Shown here: in pieces, positions 1 to 10,462 of the stretch | Layout of the letters: each line of letters opens with the position of its first letter | Position numbering within the stretch: position 1 is the first letter of the stretch | NCBI GenBank assembly: GCA_963844965.1 | Contig: CAWJQC010000003.1 | Span: forward strand, 1 to 34,664 | From: an uncultured bacterium | Lineage (GTDB): Bacteria > Patescibacteriota > Minisyncoccia > UBA6257 > 2-01-FULL-56-20 | Direction of reading: 5' to 3' | Length of the DNA stretch: 34,664 nucleotides | Position numbers and translations under genes: made by a program | Notes under the pieces: generated by a model | What the model was told of the DNA's origin: nothing | What the model saw: only the letters and a program-made list of their open reading frames with translations | Database searches by the model: none

Positions 1-3000
1 CAACCTCAACGGCCAACGTTTACCGTCTGCGCATTGAGGTTACGAACACCCGCGCCACAACGACCCAGCCCAAACTCCAGCTTCAGTACCAATACAACGC
101 GACTTCCGGTTCCTGGACACTGGTCCCCACAACCTCCACTTTTTCCAGCCAACTTTTCCTTATCGCCTCCTCAACGAATTTTACGGATGGCGCTTCCACG
201 ACCGCCCAGCTTACCGCGGACGCCAATGCTTCCACTTCCGGCCAAATAAAGCAGTCCTCAAGCACGACGGGACTCGTCAATATAGGTTTTTCCTACAGCA
301 GTCCGACCTCTACCTGGACGGAAGTGGAATACGCCATCCGCGCTGGTCCGCAGGATGTCTACGGTAACAACGGAACCTACTACTTCCGGCTTCAGGAGGC
401 AACGAGCGCGAGCTTTGTTGCGTTTGACTCTTACAACGTCTACCCCGCGCTTTCGCTTTCCCTGCCGCAGCCGCGGCGGCCGATACTGAATTTTCCGGTG
501 GCCGCGACGACGACAGTTGACACCGCTTCCACGACATTCAAAATGACGGCGACTTTGACATCAACCTCTAACCAGTACGTGCAGTACAAGTGGGTTCTCT
601 ACCAGAACGAGGCGTGTACGGATGTTGTAACTTCAAGCACCGAGCCCTCAAGCCAGACCAACTGGAGCGGGCAGAACGCTTCCTCCGGTTCCAGTAACAG
701 CACGGCCTATTCCGCCACTTCGGCGACGGGAACAAGCGGCATTTTTCAGTACACCTTGACAGCCGGCACATACTGGTGGGGCGCGCAGGCCTATGACCCC
801 GACAACTCGGGCCTATATGGCTCAAGCACCCTCACGCGCGTGGACAACACGTGGGCGACGAACGCGGCCTCCCGTGCCCGCAACTGCGGCTCTTTACGGG
901 CATTCCGCGGTCGTCTACAACGGCTACATCTACACGACGGGAGGAGCCACATCAACCACCGGCGCTCCCGCCACAACTCCGGCTACTTCCTCCGTTTTCT
1001 ATGCACAGATAAGTTCCAACGGCGCGGTGGGAGCGTGGTCTACGAACTCCAATAAACTTCTGAGCGGTATCGCCAACCATTCCGCGGTCGCCTATAACGG
1101 ATACATCTATACGATTGGCGGCGCCACGACCACGGCCGCCAACGTTCCTGCCACCACTTCCGTTTTCTTCGCCAAGATAAATCAGGACGGGCACGCGTGG
1201 GAACGTGGACCCTGAATTCCAGTTCCTTGTCTAGCCCTCTTAACGAACTTTCCGCTGTCGCCTATAACGGTTATCTTTTATGCGATCGGCGCGTGCCACG
1301 AACACGGCCGCCGGCGCTCCCGCCACCACCTCTGTTTTCTACGCCCAAATAAACTCGAGCGGCACCGTAGGAAACGTGGACAATCGTATTCAAATTCCTT
1401 GCCGAGCCCGCTTATGTTCCATTCCGCCGTCGCCTATAACGGATACAGCTGCTACCACTGGCGTAATGATTACCACTTCCGGCGTCCCCACCACTTCCGT
1501 TTTCTTCGCCAAGATAAATCAGAGCGGCACGGTGGGAACATGGAGCTTGAACTCCAATTCCTTGCCGAGCCCGCTTATGCTGCACTCCGCGGTCGCCTAT
1601 AACGGATACATCTACACGGTGGGAGGAAGCAGCACAATTTCCAGCGCTATCTCCTAGAATTTTTTCTTATGCCCCGCTTCAGGCGAGTGGCACGGTCGGC
1701 TCCTGGAGCACCGCCGCCACCGCTCTTCCGAGCCCACTTGACGAACTCTCCGCGGTTGTCTCCAATGGTTATATATACACGACCGGAGGAAACCAGACCG
1801 ATAAGCGTCGCCACGACCACAGTTTTTACTCCCAGATAAACCAGCAGGGTATGACCGCCGCCGAGGGCTGGGTGACCCAGGGAGCGGTTTCAACCTCCAT
1901 TTCCCTGAACCAGGCCGTCTTCTCCAACAACTATCTTTATTCCATAGGCGGAACATCGGACGGTACGAACGGCACGACGACAGTGAGTTACTTCTCGGTC
2001 GGCTCAAACGGGACAACTACCGGCTCAGGGAAGACGACCGCGCTTCCCTCCGCCAGCGTCCAGCACCAGGCCTTCGCTTACACGAACTCCGGCGGCACTA
2101 CCATAATGTACGTCGTGGGCGGCGGAACTACGGTAAGCGCGGCGAGCACGCAGGTCGCGCAGTCAACCATCGCCTCAAACGGCACTCTCGGCTCCTGGAG
2201 CACGAGCGTCTCCGCCCAGCTTCCCGCAAACCGCAACAACGCTTTCGCGGGAGTTAACCCTAATACCGGCTATGTCTATGTCGTAGGCGGCGATGACACG
2301 AGCAATGCCACAACTTCCGTTCTCTACGGTCTCATAAGTTCCACGGGAACCATAGCCAACTGGAGCTCAACCCAGGTCTTCCGGCTGCCATGACAAAACA
2401 GAACGGAACCATCCTCAATAACGTCATCTATAACATAGGAGGCAGCACCGGCACCTCGCTTTCCTCCATCACGACCACCGTGAACATGGCCTATCTCAAC
2501 TCCGACGGCTCGGTCGCTTCCTGGACGACCGCCACGGCACTTCCCGCCCCCATCATCCAGCCGGACGTTGAGGGCTACAACAACTTCATTTACGTTACCG
2601 GCGGTTCGTCAACCGCCGCCTACGGAGGGGTGACCACGACCGTTCTCTATGCCCAACAATTAACTACTCCCACGGGCACGTACTGGTATCAGGGCACGGG
2701 CACTCTCTCAAGCTGGCTCACCGCCTCGTCAACGCCTCTTCCTCTCTACCACAGGGTTCCGCTATCGCGAACGGTTATCTCTACATGGTCGGCGGCAAGA
2801 GCACCGGAGGCACTGCTACTTCAACCGTAGAGGACATCGGACTATATACTTCATGCATCGCGTTGAATGTTTACCACAATTACACACCGACTATCTCCGC
2901 TGTGAAACTTAACAACAACAGCAATCTGAACTTGACCGTGAACGCCACGACGACCTTCACGATAAACTACACAGTGCAGGACCTGAACGGCTGCACGGAC

Positions 3001-4627
3001 ATTTATCACGTTACTTCCACCGCTTTCCGCACCGGCGCTTCTTCCACTTGTGAAACAGCCAATCCCACGACCGACAACCGCTGGTGCTACCTCGGAGTCG
3101 TCTCTTCCACTGGTTCCTGTGTGAGCGGCACGAATTACAACGAAACCGATACCGTTGCACTTTACTACTTCGCCGATTCCACGGGCAGCCAATCGCCGAC
3201 CTCAAGTTATCCCACGCAGGATTGGGTGGCTTACGCCGTGGCGGTGGACAAGGAGGGTGCGACATCCAGTGTCACTAACTCAACTTCCTCCAACGTGGAC
3301 GTTGTCGTCCTCACGGGCTTTAACGTTTCGCCCGCGTCCTCAACCTACGGCACGCTCCTCGTCGGCCAGAACACCAGCTCCACGAACCAAATCCACTATG
3401 TGAGCAACGCCGGCAATTCCTCAACAACCCTCGCCATATCCGGTACCGCCTTCAGGTGACGGTTTGGGACATTTCCTGGCAACGAGTTCCCAGCATTACG
3501 CGACTTCTTCCTTCACATTCGGCGGAGCGGAACAGCAGTTGAGTGATTCCTCGGCGACCGTGAGCGGTTTCAATACGATTCCGTCGCACATCAACGCGTC
3601 GCCAATCGTGCAGGCGTGGCAGACGAACCCAAATTCGCTGCCCGTTGCGCTTAATCATTACTCCGCCGTCGTTTACAACGGATATATTTATACGTTAGGT
3701 GGGGGTACCAATAATGTTTACTATGCTCCGATAAACTCCAATGGCACCATAGGCGTGTGGAAAACGAATCCGAACAATATGCCCGCTTCACTTATCTATA
3801 ACACGGCTGCCGTTGCCTATAACGGATACATATATTCAATCGGAGGCGAGGATAATGGAGTCGGCGTTAACACCTCCAGTGTTTTCTATGCTCAGATAAA
3901 CGCTTCAAGCACCGGCACGTGGTATAAAAATCCCAATTCCCTGCCTACGGCGCTGGAGTACAACTCGGCTGTCGTCTGGAATGGCTATATCTACAATCTC
4001 GGCGGCACCGCAAATACAGGCAACGGTAACGGAGGCACCACTACGGTTCTCTATGCCCAAATCAACACCTCCAGCACCGGCGCGTGGACGACAAATCCGA
4101 ATTCACTGCCGAGCGGACTGGCAGCTTTTGCTGCCGCCGCCTATAACGGCTATGTGTATGTTATCGGGGGATATGTTAATGGCAGCGGTCTCGCCTCCAC
4201 CGTCTATTATGCTCCGATAAACTCCGACCACACGCTTGGCGCCTTTCAGACGAACTCCAACTCTCTGCCGAGCGCACTTGATTTCCTCTCAGCCATCGCC
4301 TATAACGGATACCTCTATGTGATAGGAGGAGAAACCGGTTCCGGCGCTACCTCCTCGGTTTTCTACGCCGCGATAAATTCCACGGGGTCGGTCGGAGTAT
4401 GGCAAAATGCCGCCTCTCTTCCGGACTCAAACGAACAAAGCTTTGCCGTTGTCTCAAACGGCTATGCCTATCTCGTGGGCGGCAGTAACGGGACGAACAA
4501 CACCTCCAGCGTCTTCTATGTATCTCTGGACAACCGCCCGATCTACTGGGGCGCGACCGCCCCCTTGCGTTCCGCCGCCGGCAACTACCAGAGCACCGTA
4601 ACCTACACGGCGGTGTGGAGCCAATAA
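1..4627 (+). pseudogene. Kelch-like beta-propeller surface protein paralogue. It is 5'-truncated by the window edge and broken by at least 6 frameshifts. Its 3' part is rearranged, with a Kelch block inserted into the shared C-terminal domain.
   Basis: Frame 3 is open from nt 3 to 1055. ORFs then alternate frames (793-1215, 1280-1657, 1851-2393, 2390-2830, 2785-3459, 3464-4627). Each resembles consecutive segments of the paralogue at 5735-8999. Repeated 'SAVAYNGYIYTIGG...SVFYAQIN...GxW' units look like Kelch repeats. The segment 3464-4627 is intact and about 90% identical at nucleotide level to 6240-7140. Confidence 0.6.
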
Positions 4628-4630
4628 AAA

Positions 4631-4662
4631 AATTAACGACATCGCAAGTCGTTAATTTTTTT
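4631..4662 (+). terminator. Rho-independent terminator hairpin (aattaacgac / atcgcaa / gtcgttaatt) followed by a T7 run. It belongs to the TTAACGACATCGYAAGTCGTTAA palindrome family.
   Basis: Perfect 10-bp stem plus T-run directly after the TAA at 4625-4627. Confidence 0.6.
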
Positions 4663-4716
4663 ATAAGACCTATAGGTCCTATACGACTTATACGACCTAT
4701 AGGTCTTATAGGTCTT
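4663..4716. repeat. Tandem 8-9 bp units TATAGGTC / TATACGAC / TATAAGAC (array 1 of 5 around the 4HB gene).
   Basis: Direct reading: ataagacc tataggtcc tatacgac ttatacgac ctataggtc ttataggtc. Confidence 0.8.
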
Positions 4717-5479
4717 GTTTCTTTTTCTTCTCCCTCGCTTCTTTCAGAATTTTTTCTATCATCTCGTCGGTTTCTTTCTCAGCTTCTTTTTCTTTCGTCA
4801 AAATTTTCCTCAGCTTCTGTTCCCGCGGTTCGAAAATCGCGCCGTTTGCTTCATGCTCCGCTCTCACTGCTCTTATCTGCATGTCCAGAAGATAATTGGT
4901 TTGGTTGATAAGACAGATAAGGCAGTTTGCCGCCTCTTCGGGATTTTCAAGATAGGTCTTATAGGTCGTATAGGACTTATCAATCCTATCAATCCTATCA
5001 GTCCTATCAGTCCTATCAATCCTATCAGTCCTATCAGTCCTATCCGTCCTATCCGTCCTATCCGTCTTATAAACCAATTGCCGAACCGCAAGCGCCCTCG
5101 GGTTGTCCTTCTTCCAGATTTGGAAATTCCGCTGGCGCAGAAAATCGGAGTAATCTTCCAGCAGTTCTTCAAAGGAAGCCCGCGCGACGCCGAGAAGAAA
5201 AATTTCGGTTTTCGGCGAGTTCTTTCCGGCGGCTGCGCCCTCTACGATGTTTTGTTTTCCTGAACGTGCCGCCTGCATCATCTGGTCGCTTTGGCGCGTA
5301 AAATGATAAGTCGTATAGGTCTTATATGTCCTATCCGACCTATCCGTCTCATCGGTCTTATCCGACTTATCGAACCCGGACCCGCGGGGTTCAACGTACC
5401 GGCGGCAAAACTCCGCGGTCATGTCGCAAATTACGGTTGCCTGTTCGTAGGATTTCAAATTTTTGTAAGTGGGCGGCAT
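4706..5479 (-). CDS. Four-helix-bundle protein (PF05635-like, '23S rRNA intervening sequence protein' family) carrying two in-frame tandem-repeat insertions.
   Basis: The core reads 'QMMQAARSGKQNIVEGAAAGKNSPKTEIFLLGVARASFEELLEDY' and matches the 4HB motif 'QL.RS..S...NI.EG..R.S..EF..FL.IA.GS..E'. A 9-bp repeat GTCCTATCA x10 is translated in frame as TDRTDRTDR. Start is placed at Met33 (5479) because upstream codons lie inside a repeat array. Confidence 0.5.
   Translation of the reverse strand: MPPTYKNLKSYEQATVICDMTAEFCRRYVEPRGSGFDKSDKTDETDRSDRTYKTYTTYHFTRQSDQMMQAARSGKQNIVEGAAAGKNSPKTEIFLLGVARASFEELLEDYSDFLRQRNFQIWKKDNPRALAVRQLVYKTDRTDRTDRTDRTDRIDRTDRTDRIDRIDKSYTTYKTYLENPEEAANCLICLINQTNYLLDMQIRAVRAEHEANGAIFEPREQKLRKILTKEKEAEKETDEMIEKILKEAREKKKKQDL
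4953..5073. repeat. Tandem array of about 13 units of 9 bp (GTCCTATCA / GTCCTATCC / ATCCTATCA) plus TATAGGTC units, inside the 4HB ORF.
   Basis: Seen directly. Period 9, so the reading frame is preserved. Confidence 0.85.
5306..5376. repeat. Tandem 8-9 bp units (TATAGGTC / CTATCCGAC family), array 3, inside the 4HB ORF.
   Basis: Seen directly. Confidence 0.75.
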
Positions 5480-5500
5480 CGTTTCGGTTTTGGTTTTTTT

Positions 5501-5561
5501 ATGCGTCCCATGCGTCTTATAGGTCCTATAAGACCTATACGTCTTATAAGTCGTATAGTAG
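5501..5561. repeat. Tandem 8-9 bp units (ATGCGTCC / TATAGGTC / TATAAGAC), array 4.
   Basis: Seen directly. Confidence 0.75.
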
Positions 5562-5606
5562 ACCCGCCGGTACAACTTATCAACATCTCCAAAAACAACG
5601 GAGCAG

Positions 5607-5615
5607 TGTTAGAAT
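5607..5615 (+). promoter_or_regulatory. TGTTAGAAT extended -10-like element (one of 4 identical copies in the window).
   Basis: Exact 9-mer TGnTAnAAT upstream of the 5735 gene. The same 9-mer occurs at 9270, 9568 and 27544, each upstream of a + strand gene. Confidence 0.35.
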
Positions 5616-5654
5616 TAGAGAAAGCGGGCATCGCGGCCCGAGGTTTTTGGTATT

Positions 5655-5720
5655 AAGTCCTATGCGTCCTATAAGTTCTATTGGCCTTATAAGTCCTATG
5701 CGTCCTATAAGACCTATAAA
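5655..5720. repeat. Tandem 8-9 bp units (TCCTATGCG / TCCTATAAG), array 5.
   Basis: Seen directly. Confidence 0.75.
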
Positions 5721-5734
5721 AAACCGTTCGCATT

Positions 5735-8700
5735 ATGAATAAGCACTTTGCCCTTGCGCTCATAATCATTGCCTCCGCGATAGTCGTTGCCGGCGGCGTT
5801 GTCGGCGTCGTTTTGGGCGACAGCACGTCGCAGATGAACCTCGGGGTTTTGAACATAACGCCGCGGCGGCCGATACTGAATTATCCTGCGCCGAACTCAA
5901 CTATTTCGTACGCGGGCAGCACTTTTCAGATAACGGCGACGAAGCCCACGGGCGGCGGCAGTTACGTGCAGTACAAACAAGTGATTTATCAGAACGAGGC
6001 CTGCACGCAGGTCGTGCAGACAAACGACGAAACGGCGTCGCAAACCGGCTGGAGCGGCGAGAACGCTTCTGCGAGCGAGGCCTATGCCGCCGGAAACGCA
6101 ACCGGTTCTGCCGGTACCTTCACTTTACAGACGAACTTGGCGACCAATACCACTTACTGGTGGGGCGCGCAGGCCTACGACCCCGACACTGCGGGAAGCT
6201 GGGGCACGAGCACGCTCACGCGAGTGGACAACGCGTGGACTACGAACGCGAATTCCCTGCCGACCACACTTTCAATGTTCTATGCCGTTACTTACAATGG
6301 ATATATTTATGCGTTAGGAGGGTGCGCTAGCACTGTTTATTACGCTCCGATAAATTCCGGCGGCACTGTGGGTATATGGACGACGAATCCGAACAATATG
6401 CCTGCTTCACTTGGCAGTGACGTAGCCGCTGTCGCCTATAACGGATATATATATACAATCGGAGGGGGAGTTTGTGGCCCCAGTGTCAACACCACTACCA
6501 TTTTCTATGCCCAGATTAACGGCTCAAGCACTGGCCCGTGGCTCACAAACCCCAATCCGCTGCCCACAGCGCTTGAGCACAACTCAGCTGTCGTCTGGAA
6601 TGGCTATATCTACAATCTTGGTGGAAGCACATCAGTCGGTAACTGTGCCAATGGCACCACCACCGTCCTCTACGCCCAAATCAACGGCTCCAGCACCGGG
6701 GCGTGGCAGACAAATCCGAATTCGTTGCCCACCACCGTAACGTGCGCAGCCGCTGCCGTCTATAATGGCTACATATATGTGATTGGGGATGATGCCATAT
6801 ATTATTCTACTTCCAGTGTCTTCTACGCCCCGATAAACTCCGACCACACGGTTGGCGCCTTTCAGACAAACCCCAATTCCCTGCCGAGTGCGATTGGGGA
6901 CAACTTCGCCGTCGCCTATAACGGCTATATATATTTGATTGGGGGGGAGAATGCCGCTAGTGTTGCTACCTCCACCGTCCTCTACGCCGCGATAAATTCC
7001 ACAGGGTCGGTCGGTGTATGGCAAAATGCCGCCTCTCTTCCGAGCTTAAACAGATACGGCTCTGCCGTTGTCTCAAACGGCTATGCCTATCTTATGGGCG
7101 GCAATGACGGGACGAATGACACTTCCACTGTTCTCTATTCCCAAATCAACCAGCTCGGTTCCACCGCCGCCGAGGGCTGGATAAACAACTCCGCTCTCGC
7201 AAGTTCAATCTATCTGAACGATGCCCTTGCCTATAACGGCTACATTTACTCAACAGGAGGAACATCGGACGGCACGAACGGAACAACAACCGTGAATTAC
7301 GCCATGCTGAACTCCAACGGCACCCTGGGCAACTGGCAAACGACGGCAGCTCTTCCCGCGAACACCGTCCAGCACGGAGCATTCGCCTATACGAACTCAG
7401 GCGGCACGACCCTCCTCTATACAATAGGCGGCGGCACCACGGTAGGAGCTGCAGGAAACAAGGTGAACCAGGCGACGGTCAACACGAACGGCACCTTGGG
7501 AACCTGGAGCGCTGCCGTTTCGGCAAACCTTCCGGCAAACTACGAGAACAGCTTCACGGGAGCGGCGAACGGCTACGCCTATCTCGTGGGAGGGGATAAC
7601 GGCACGAATGCCACAAGCGCCGTCCTCTACGGCCTCATAAGCTCCACGGGTACTATCAAGAACTGGTCTTCAACGAACCCTCTTCCCGCTGCCGTAACGA
7701 ATCAGGGAGGCATAATCCTGAACAACGTCATTTACGACATCGGCGGCAGCACGGATATCGCGGCTGCGAACATCACGACTACCGTTAACTACGCTCCCAT
7801 CAATTCCAACGGTTCTGTCGCGAGCTGGACAGTGAGCACATCTCTGCCTGCTCCCATCATCCAGCCGGACGTTGAGACCTGGAACAACTTCATCTATGTC
7901 ATCGGCGGCTCGTCAACCGTGGCCTACGGAGGAGCGACGACAACGGTTCTCTACGCCGTTCCAGCCGGCAACCAAAGTAGCTCCGGCTTCATAGTCCAGT
8001 CCAGCGGCACCTTGTCGTCATGGCTTGCCGCCACCCCTCTTCCTTCTCCTCTTTACGAGGAGGGTTCGGCTGTAGCAGACGGCTATCTCTATACCGTGGG
8101 AGGCAAGAACTCTTCGGGAGCCACTACGACCGTTCAAAACACCGGACTTTATACTTCCTGCATAGCGTTCAATTCGGTGACGAACTACGCGCCGTCGGTT
8201 TCCGCGGTTTCCTTGAACGGCGGCAACGCGCTTACCCTGACGGCCAACGCCACGACGAGCTTCAGCATAAATTATTCCGTGACCGACCCGAACGGCTGTT
8301 CCAATATCGCGAGCGTAACCTCCACCGCCTTCCGCACGGGAGTCGCCGGTGCTTGCGCCACGGCGAATCCCGCGACCGACAACCGAAATTGCTACCTGAG
8401 TGTCGTCAACTCCACGAGTTCCTGCGCGGGCACGAACTACAACGAAACCGATACTGTCGCTCTTTATTATTTCGCCGATTCAACGGGTATCACTACCTCA
8501 AGTTACCCAACCCAGCACTGGGAGGCCTACGCCACGGTCTTGAGCAATTCGGGCTTGACCGCGAGCGCCACTTCTTCCAACGTGGACGTGAACGTCCTCT
8601 CCGCCATAAACGTGACGGAGCCACTTCCAGTGTCATTAATTATGGTGCTTTATCGCAAAACGCGAATACCGGTTTGTGAATCAGACAACGACGGTGCAGA

Positions 8701-8999
8701 ACGCCGGAAATTCTTCCACGACACTTCAGATTTATGCGTCGCAGGTTTTGACTTCCGGCACGAGCACAATACCGGCGGCCTACCAGCACTATGCGACTTC
8801 TTCCTTCACCTTTGGCGGCAACGAGCAGCAGCTTACGACAAGCACGAACCCCGCCTTCGTTCCCGGATTTGTACTCACCGTTCCCACGAGCACGGCTTCG
8901 GTCCAAAAATTGACATACTGGGGCGCTGGCACGCCGGCCGGCCAGGCGGGCGGCAGTTATCAGGGCACGACTATGTTCGCGGCAGGGTTTTCACAATAG
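5735..8999 (+). CDS. Large secreted surface protein. It has an N-terminal signal anchor, an Ig/FN-like module, about 20 Kelch-like propeller repeats and the shared roughly 240-aa C-terminal domain. It needs two -1 frame changes near 8617 and 8677.
   Basis: ORF 5735-9058 runs into out-of-frame low-complexity text after 'SAINVT'. The conserved C-terminal sequence continues in the other two frames as 'GATSSVINYGALSQNANTGL' and then in ORF 8676-8999 as 'NQTTTVQNAGNSSTTLQIY...WGAGTPAGQAGGSYQGTTMFAAGFSQ*'. These match the C-termini of the 12570 and 16027 genes. Confidence 0.65.
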
Positions 9000-9002
9000 T
9001 TA

Positions 9003-9236
9003 CAAAGTCAAAATTCAAAAGGCAAAAGTCAAAAGTTAAAGTAAAAAATCAAAAATGAAATACTTTTTACATTTGACATGCAATTTTGACCTTTGAGTTT
9101 TAACTTTTGACATTATCTGAGCTGACTTTTGATTTTTGCCTTTTGACCCCGAGCCCTGCGTACTGAAACAAGAACGCGACGACTTTTGACATTTGACCTA
9201 TACTTTTGACTTTTGAATTTTGCCTTTTGACCTTAA
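9003..9236. repeat. Inverted arrays of the 8-mer GTCAAAAG / CTTTTGAC. There are about 6 units on the + arm (9003-9060) and about 10 on the - arm (9066-9236).
   Basis: Seen directly. A large imperfect palindrome centred near 9062, with no gene inside. Confidence 0.75.
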
Positions 9237-9361
9237 TTACCCTTGTGTATAAAAAAAACAGGTGAGTGGTGTTAGAATTATAAAAAGGGGAGGGCGTTCC
9301 CTCGGTTTTTGTTAGAAAGAGTTCGGCGGTTCCATGTTCTATGTTACATGCTTCATGTTAT

Positions 9362-9466
9362 ATGAATAAGAGAATTACATTCAGTTTGCTGATTTTTGCG
9401 GTAATTATGATTGGCGGTTTTTTGTTCGCGCCGAAGGCGCAGGCGGCGATTTCATTCGTGATATAA
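9362..9466 (+). CDS. Possible 34-aa peptide that is essentially a signal peptide (MNKRITFSLLIFAVIMIGGFLFAPKAQAAISFVI).
   Basis: ATG followed by a hydrophobic core and an AQA motif. It could be an N-terminal remnant of a surface-protein gene. Confidence 0.2.
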   Translation: MNKRITFSLLIFAVIMIGGFLFAPKAQAAISFVI

Positions 9467-9567
9467 TAGGGTTTAGGTGCGGATATTTGGCTATGTGAAG
9501 TTTCGTAATTCAAGGTATGATAAGTTAAGTCCAACGCGCCCCCATGCGTCTTCTGTTATGTCTTATG

Positions 9568-9576
9568 TGTTAGAAT
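9568..9576 (+). promoter_or_regulatory. TGTTAGAAT extended -10-like element, 99 nt upstream of the DGR target gene. It is followed by an imperfect 18-bp inverted repeat at 9583-9621.
   Basis: Exact copy of the 9-mer. The hairpin is gtcaaccctgttagaaac / gtttctaacagggtcaac. Confidence 0.35.
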
Positions 9577-9674
9577 AATTAGGTCAACCCTGTTAGAAAC
9601 TACGTTTCTAACAGGGTCAACGAGAATAATGATAAACTTAAAGGTCAAAAATAAATAATTAATTCAATACAATT

Positions 9675-10349
9675 GTGAACAAAACAACGGGCAGAATAAA
9701 AGAAATTGCGCGGAACAAAAAGGCAAAAATCGGGCTCTTAATCTGCGCCGTGATTGCGGCAATATTATCCGGCTACCTCATAGTCAAAGCTCTCTCGTTT
9801 GTTGATAATTTCACCACCACCAATTACGTGTCAAGCGTGTGGCACACGCAAGTGGCGACTTCTTCGGGCGTTGCCGAATTGCAGGCGAAAACTTGCAATA
9901 CTATTTCCACCTCAACCTGGTTTTGCTCCGCCACTTCCACCTCCATATGTTTGAACGACCTTGGCGACGGCGACTACATTATAGTTGCCCAAGCCGATAG
10001 CGGCCACCTGGCGTGGAAAAATGACGATACTGCCTGCTCTCGGCCGCAATGCGAGCAAGACGGCCCAGTGGACGGAAACAATCTGGTTGCCGACAACACG
10101 GTAAATTTCAGCGATTACGCGGCGCGGGCTGCCTGCCAAGCGATTGGCGGCCGTTTGCCGACGCGAAACGAATTGGGGTGCTTGTACAACAACTCATCAA
10201 CGTTCGGCGGTAACTTTGCTGCGGACTTCTACTGGTCTTCTGCCGAGGACGATGCCGCGGACGCCTACTACGTGTATTTCGCGAATGGCGGCGTGAGCAG
10301 CTACGGCAAGACCTACGCCTACTACGTCCGCTGCGTCCAAGGGTGGTAA
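9675..10349 (+). CDS. DGR target protein. It has an N-terminal membrane anchor, a Cys-rich region and a C-terminal DUF1566/FGE-like (C-type-lectin fold) domain that carries the variable repeat.
   Basis: GTG start. The C-terminus reads '...LPTRNELGCLYNN...FAADFYWSSAEDDAADAYYVYFANGGVSSYGKTYAYYVRCVQGW*', the classic DUF1566-type ending. Its last 128 nt align to the TR with A-only mismatches. Confidence 0.8.
   Translation: MNKTTGRIKEIARNKKAKIGLLICAVIAAILSGYLIVKALSFVDNFTTTNYVSSVWHTQVATSSGVAELQAKTCNTISTSTWFCSATSTSICLNDLGDGDYIIVAQADSGHLAWKNDDTACSRPQCEQDGPVDGNNLVADNTVNFSDYAARAACQAIGGRLPTRNELGCLYNNSSTFGGNFAADFYWSSAEDDAADAYYVYFANGGVSSYGKTYAYYVRCVQGW
10215..10342 (+). other. DGR variable repeat (VR).
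   Basis: 128 nt, colinear with the TR at 11061-11188 with no indels. There are 14 mismatches, all at positions where the TR has A (TR AAC codons read as TTC, GAC, TAC, AGC or GGC in the VR). A shared GC-rich 3' end 'cgtccgctgcgtccaagg' could be the IMH (initiation of mutagenic homing) element. Confidence 0.85.
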
Positions 10350-10392
10350 GATTTGGAATTTGGGCATTTGAGGATTTGTGGATTGGGTTGTA

Positions 10393-10460
10393 GTTGGTAG
10401 CTTGTAGCTGGTAGGTAGTAGGGAATTCCTACAAGCTAAAAAGCTACAAGCTAAAAAGCT
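10393..10460. repeat. Hairpin-forming repeat (GTAGCTTGTAGCTGGTAGG ... CTACAAGCTAAAAAGCTACAAGCTAAAAAG) on the left flank of the 4HB gene.
   Basis: 'agcttgtag' and 'ctacaagct' are reverse complements around gaattc. A similar copy sits on the right flank. Confidence 0.7.
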
Positions 10461-10462
10461 GA

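Noticed and set aside
83-4642. Numerous 60-130 aa ORFs antisense to or overlapping the large surface-protein genes, both here and inside the 5735-8999, 12570-14975 and 21700-23898 genes.
   Set aside because: They arise from the GC-rich, repetitive coding sequence. They are Arg/Cys/Pro-rich and have no homology or start context.
4663-5720. Possibility that the short tandem arrays are CRISPR arrays.
   Set aside because: Units are 7-9 bp with no unique spacers of 25-40 bp, and no cas genes are present. They are simple tandem or palindromic repeats.
4715-5742. ORFs 4715-5263, 4873-5172(-), 4927-5301, 5291-5656 and 5326-5742, with translations like SYQSYQSYQ, IGLIGLIGL and PINPISPI.
   Set aside because: They are read-through translations of the 8-9 bp tandem arrays in other frames or on the other strand. 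Low-complexity periodic peptides with no start context. The 4HB reading on the - strand is the only frame with a recognisable protein core.
8617-8680. Alternative genetic code with UGA as a sense codon (code 25 or 4) to explain in-frame TGA.
   Set aside because: The TGA at 8677-8679 is flanked by frame changes on both sides, so recoding does not rescue the ORF.

Confident genes end in TAA or TAG (sodA, rplI, rpmA, ctpA, fmt, def). TGA appears as the stop of the 25761 and 31935 genes in sensible contexts. The standard code fits.
8020-9058. ORF 8020-8679 (R/H/L-rich) and the 3' extension of ORF 5735-9058 beyond about 8620.
   Set aside because: They are alternative-frame readings of the Kelch and C-terminal-domain coding sequence. 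The conserved C-terminal domain is recovered only by shifting frames twice, so these are by-products of the frameshifts.
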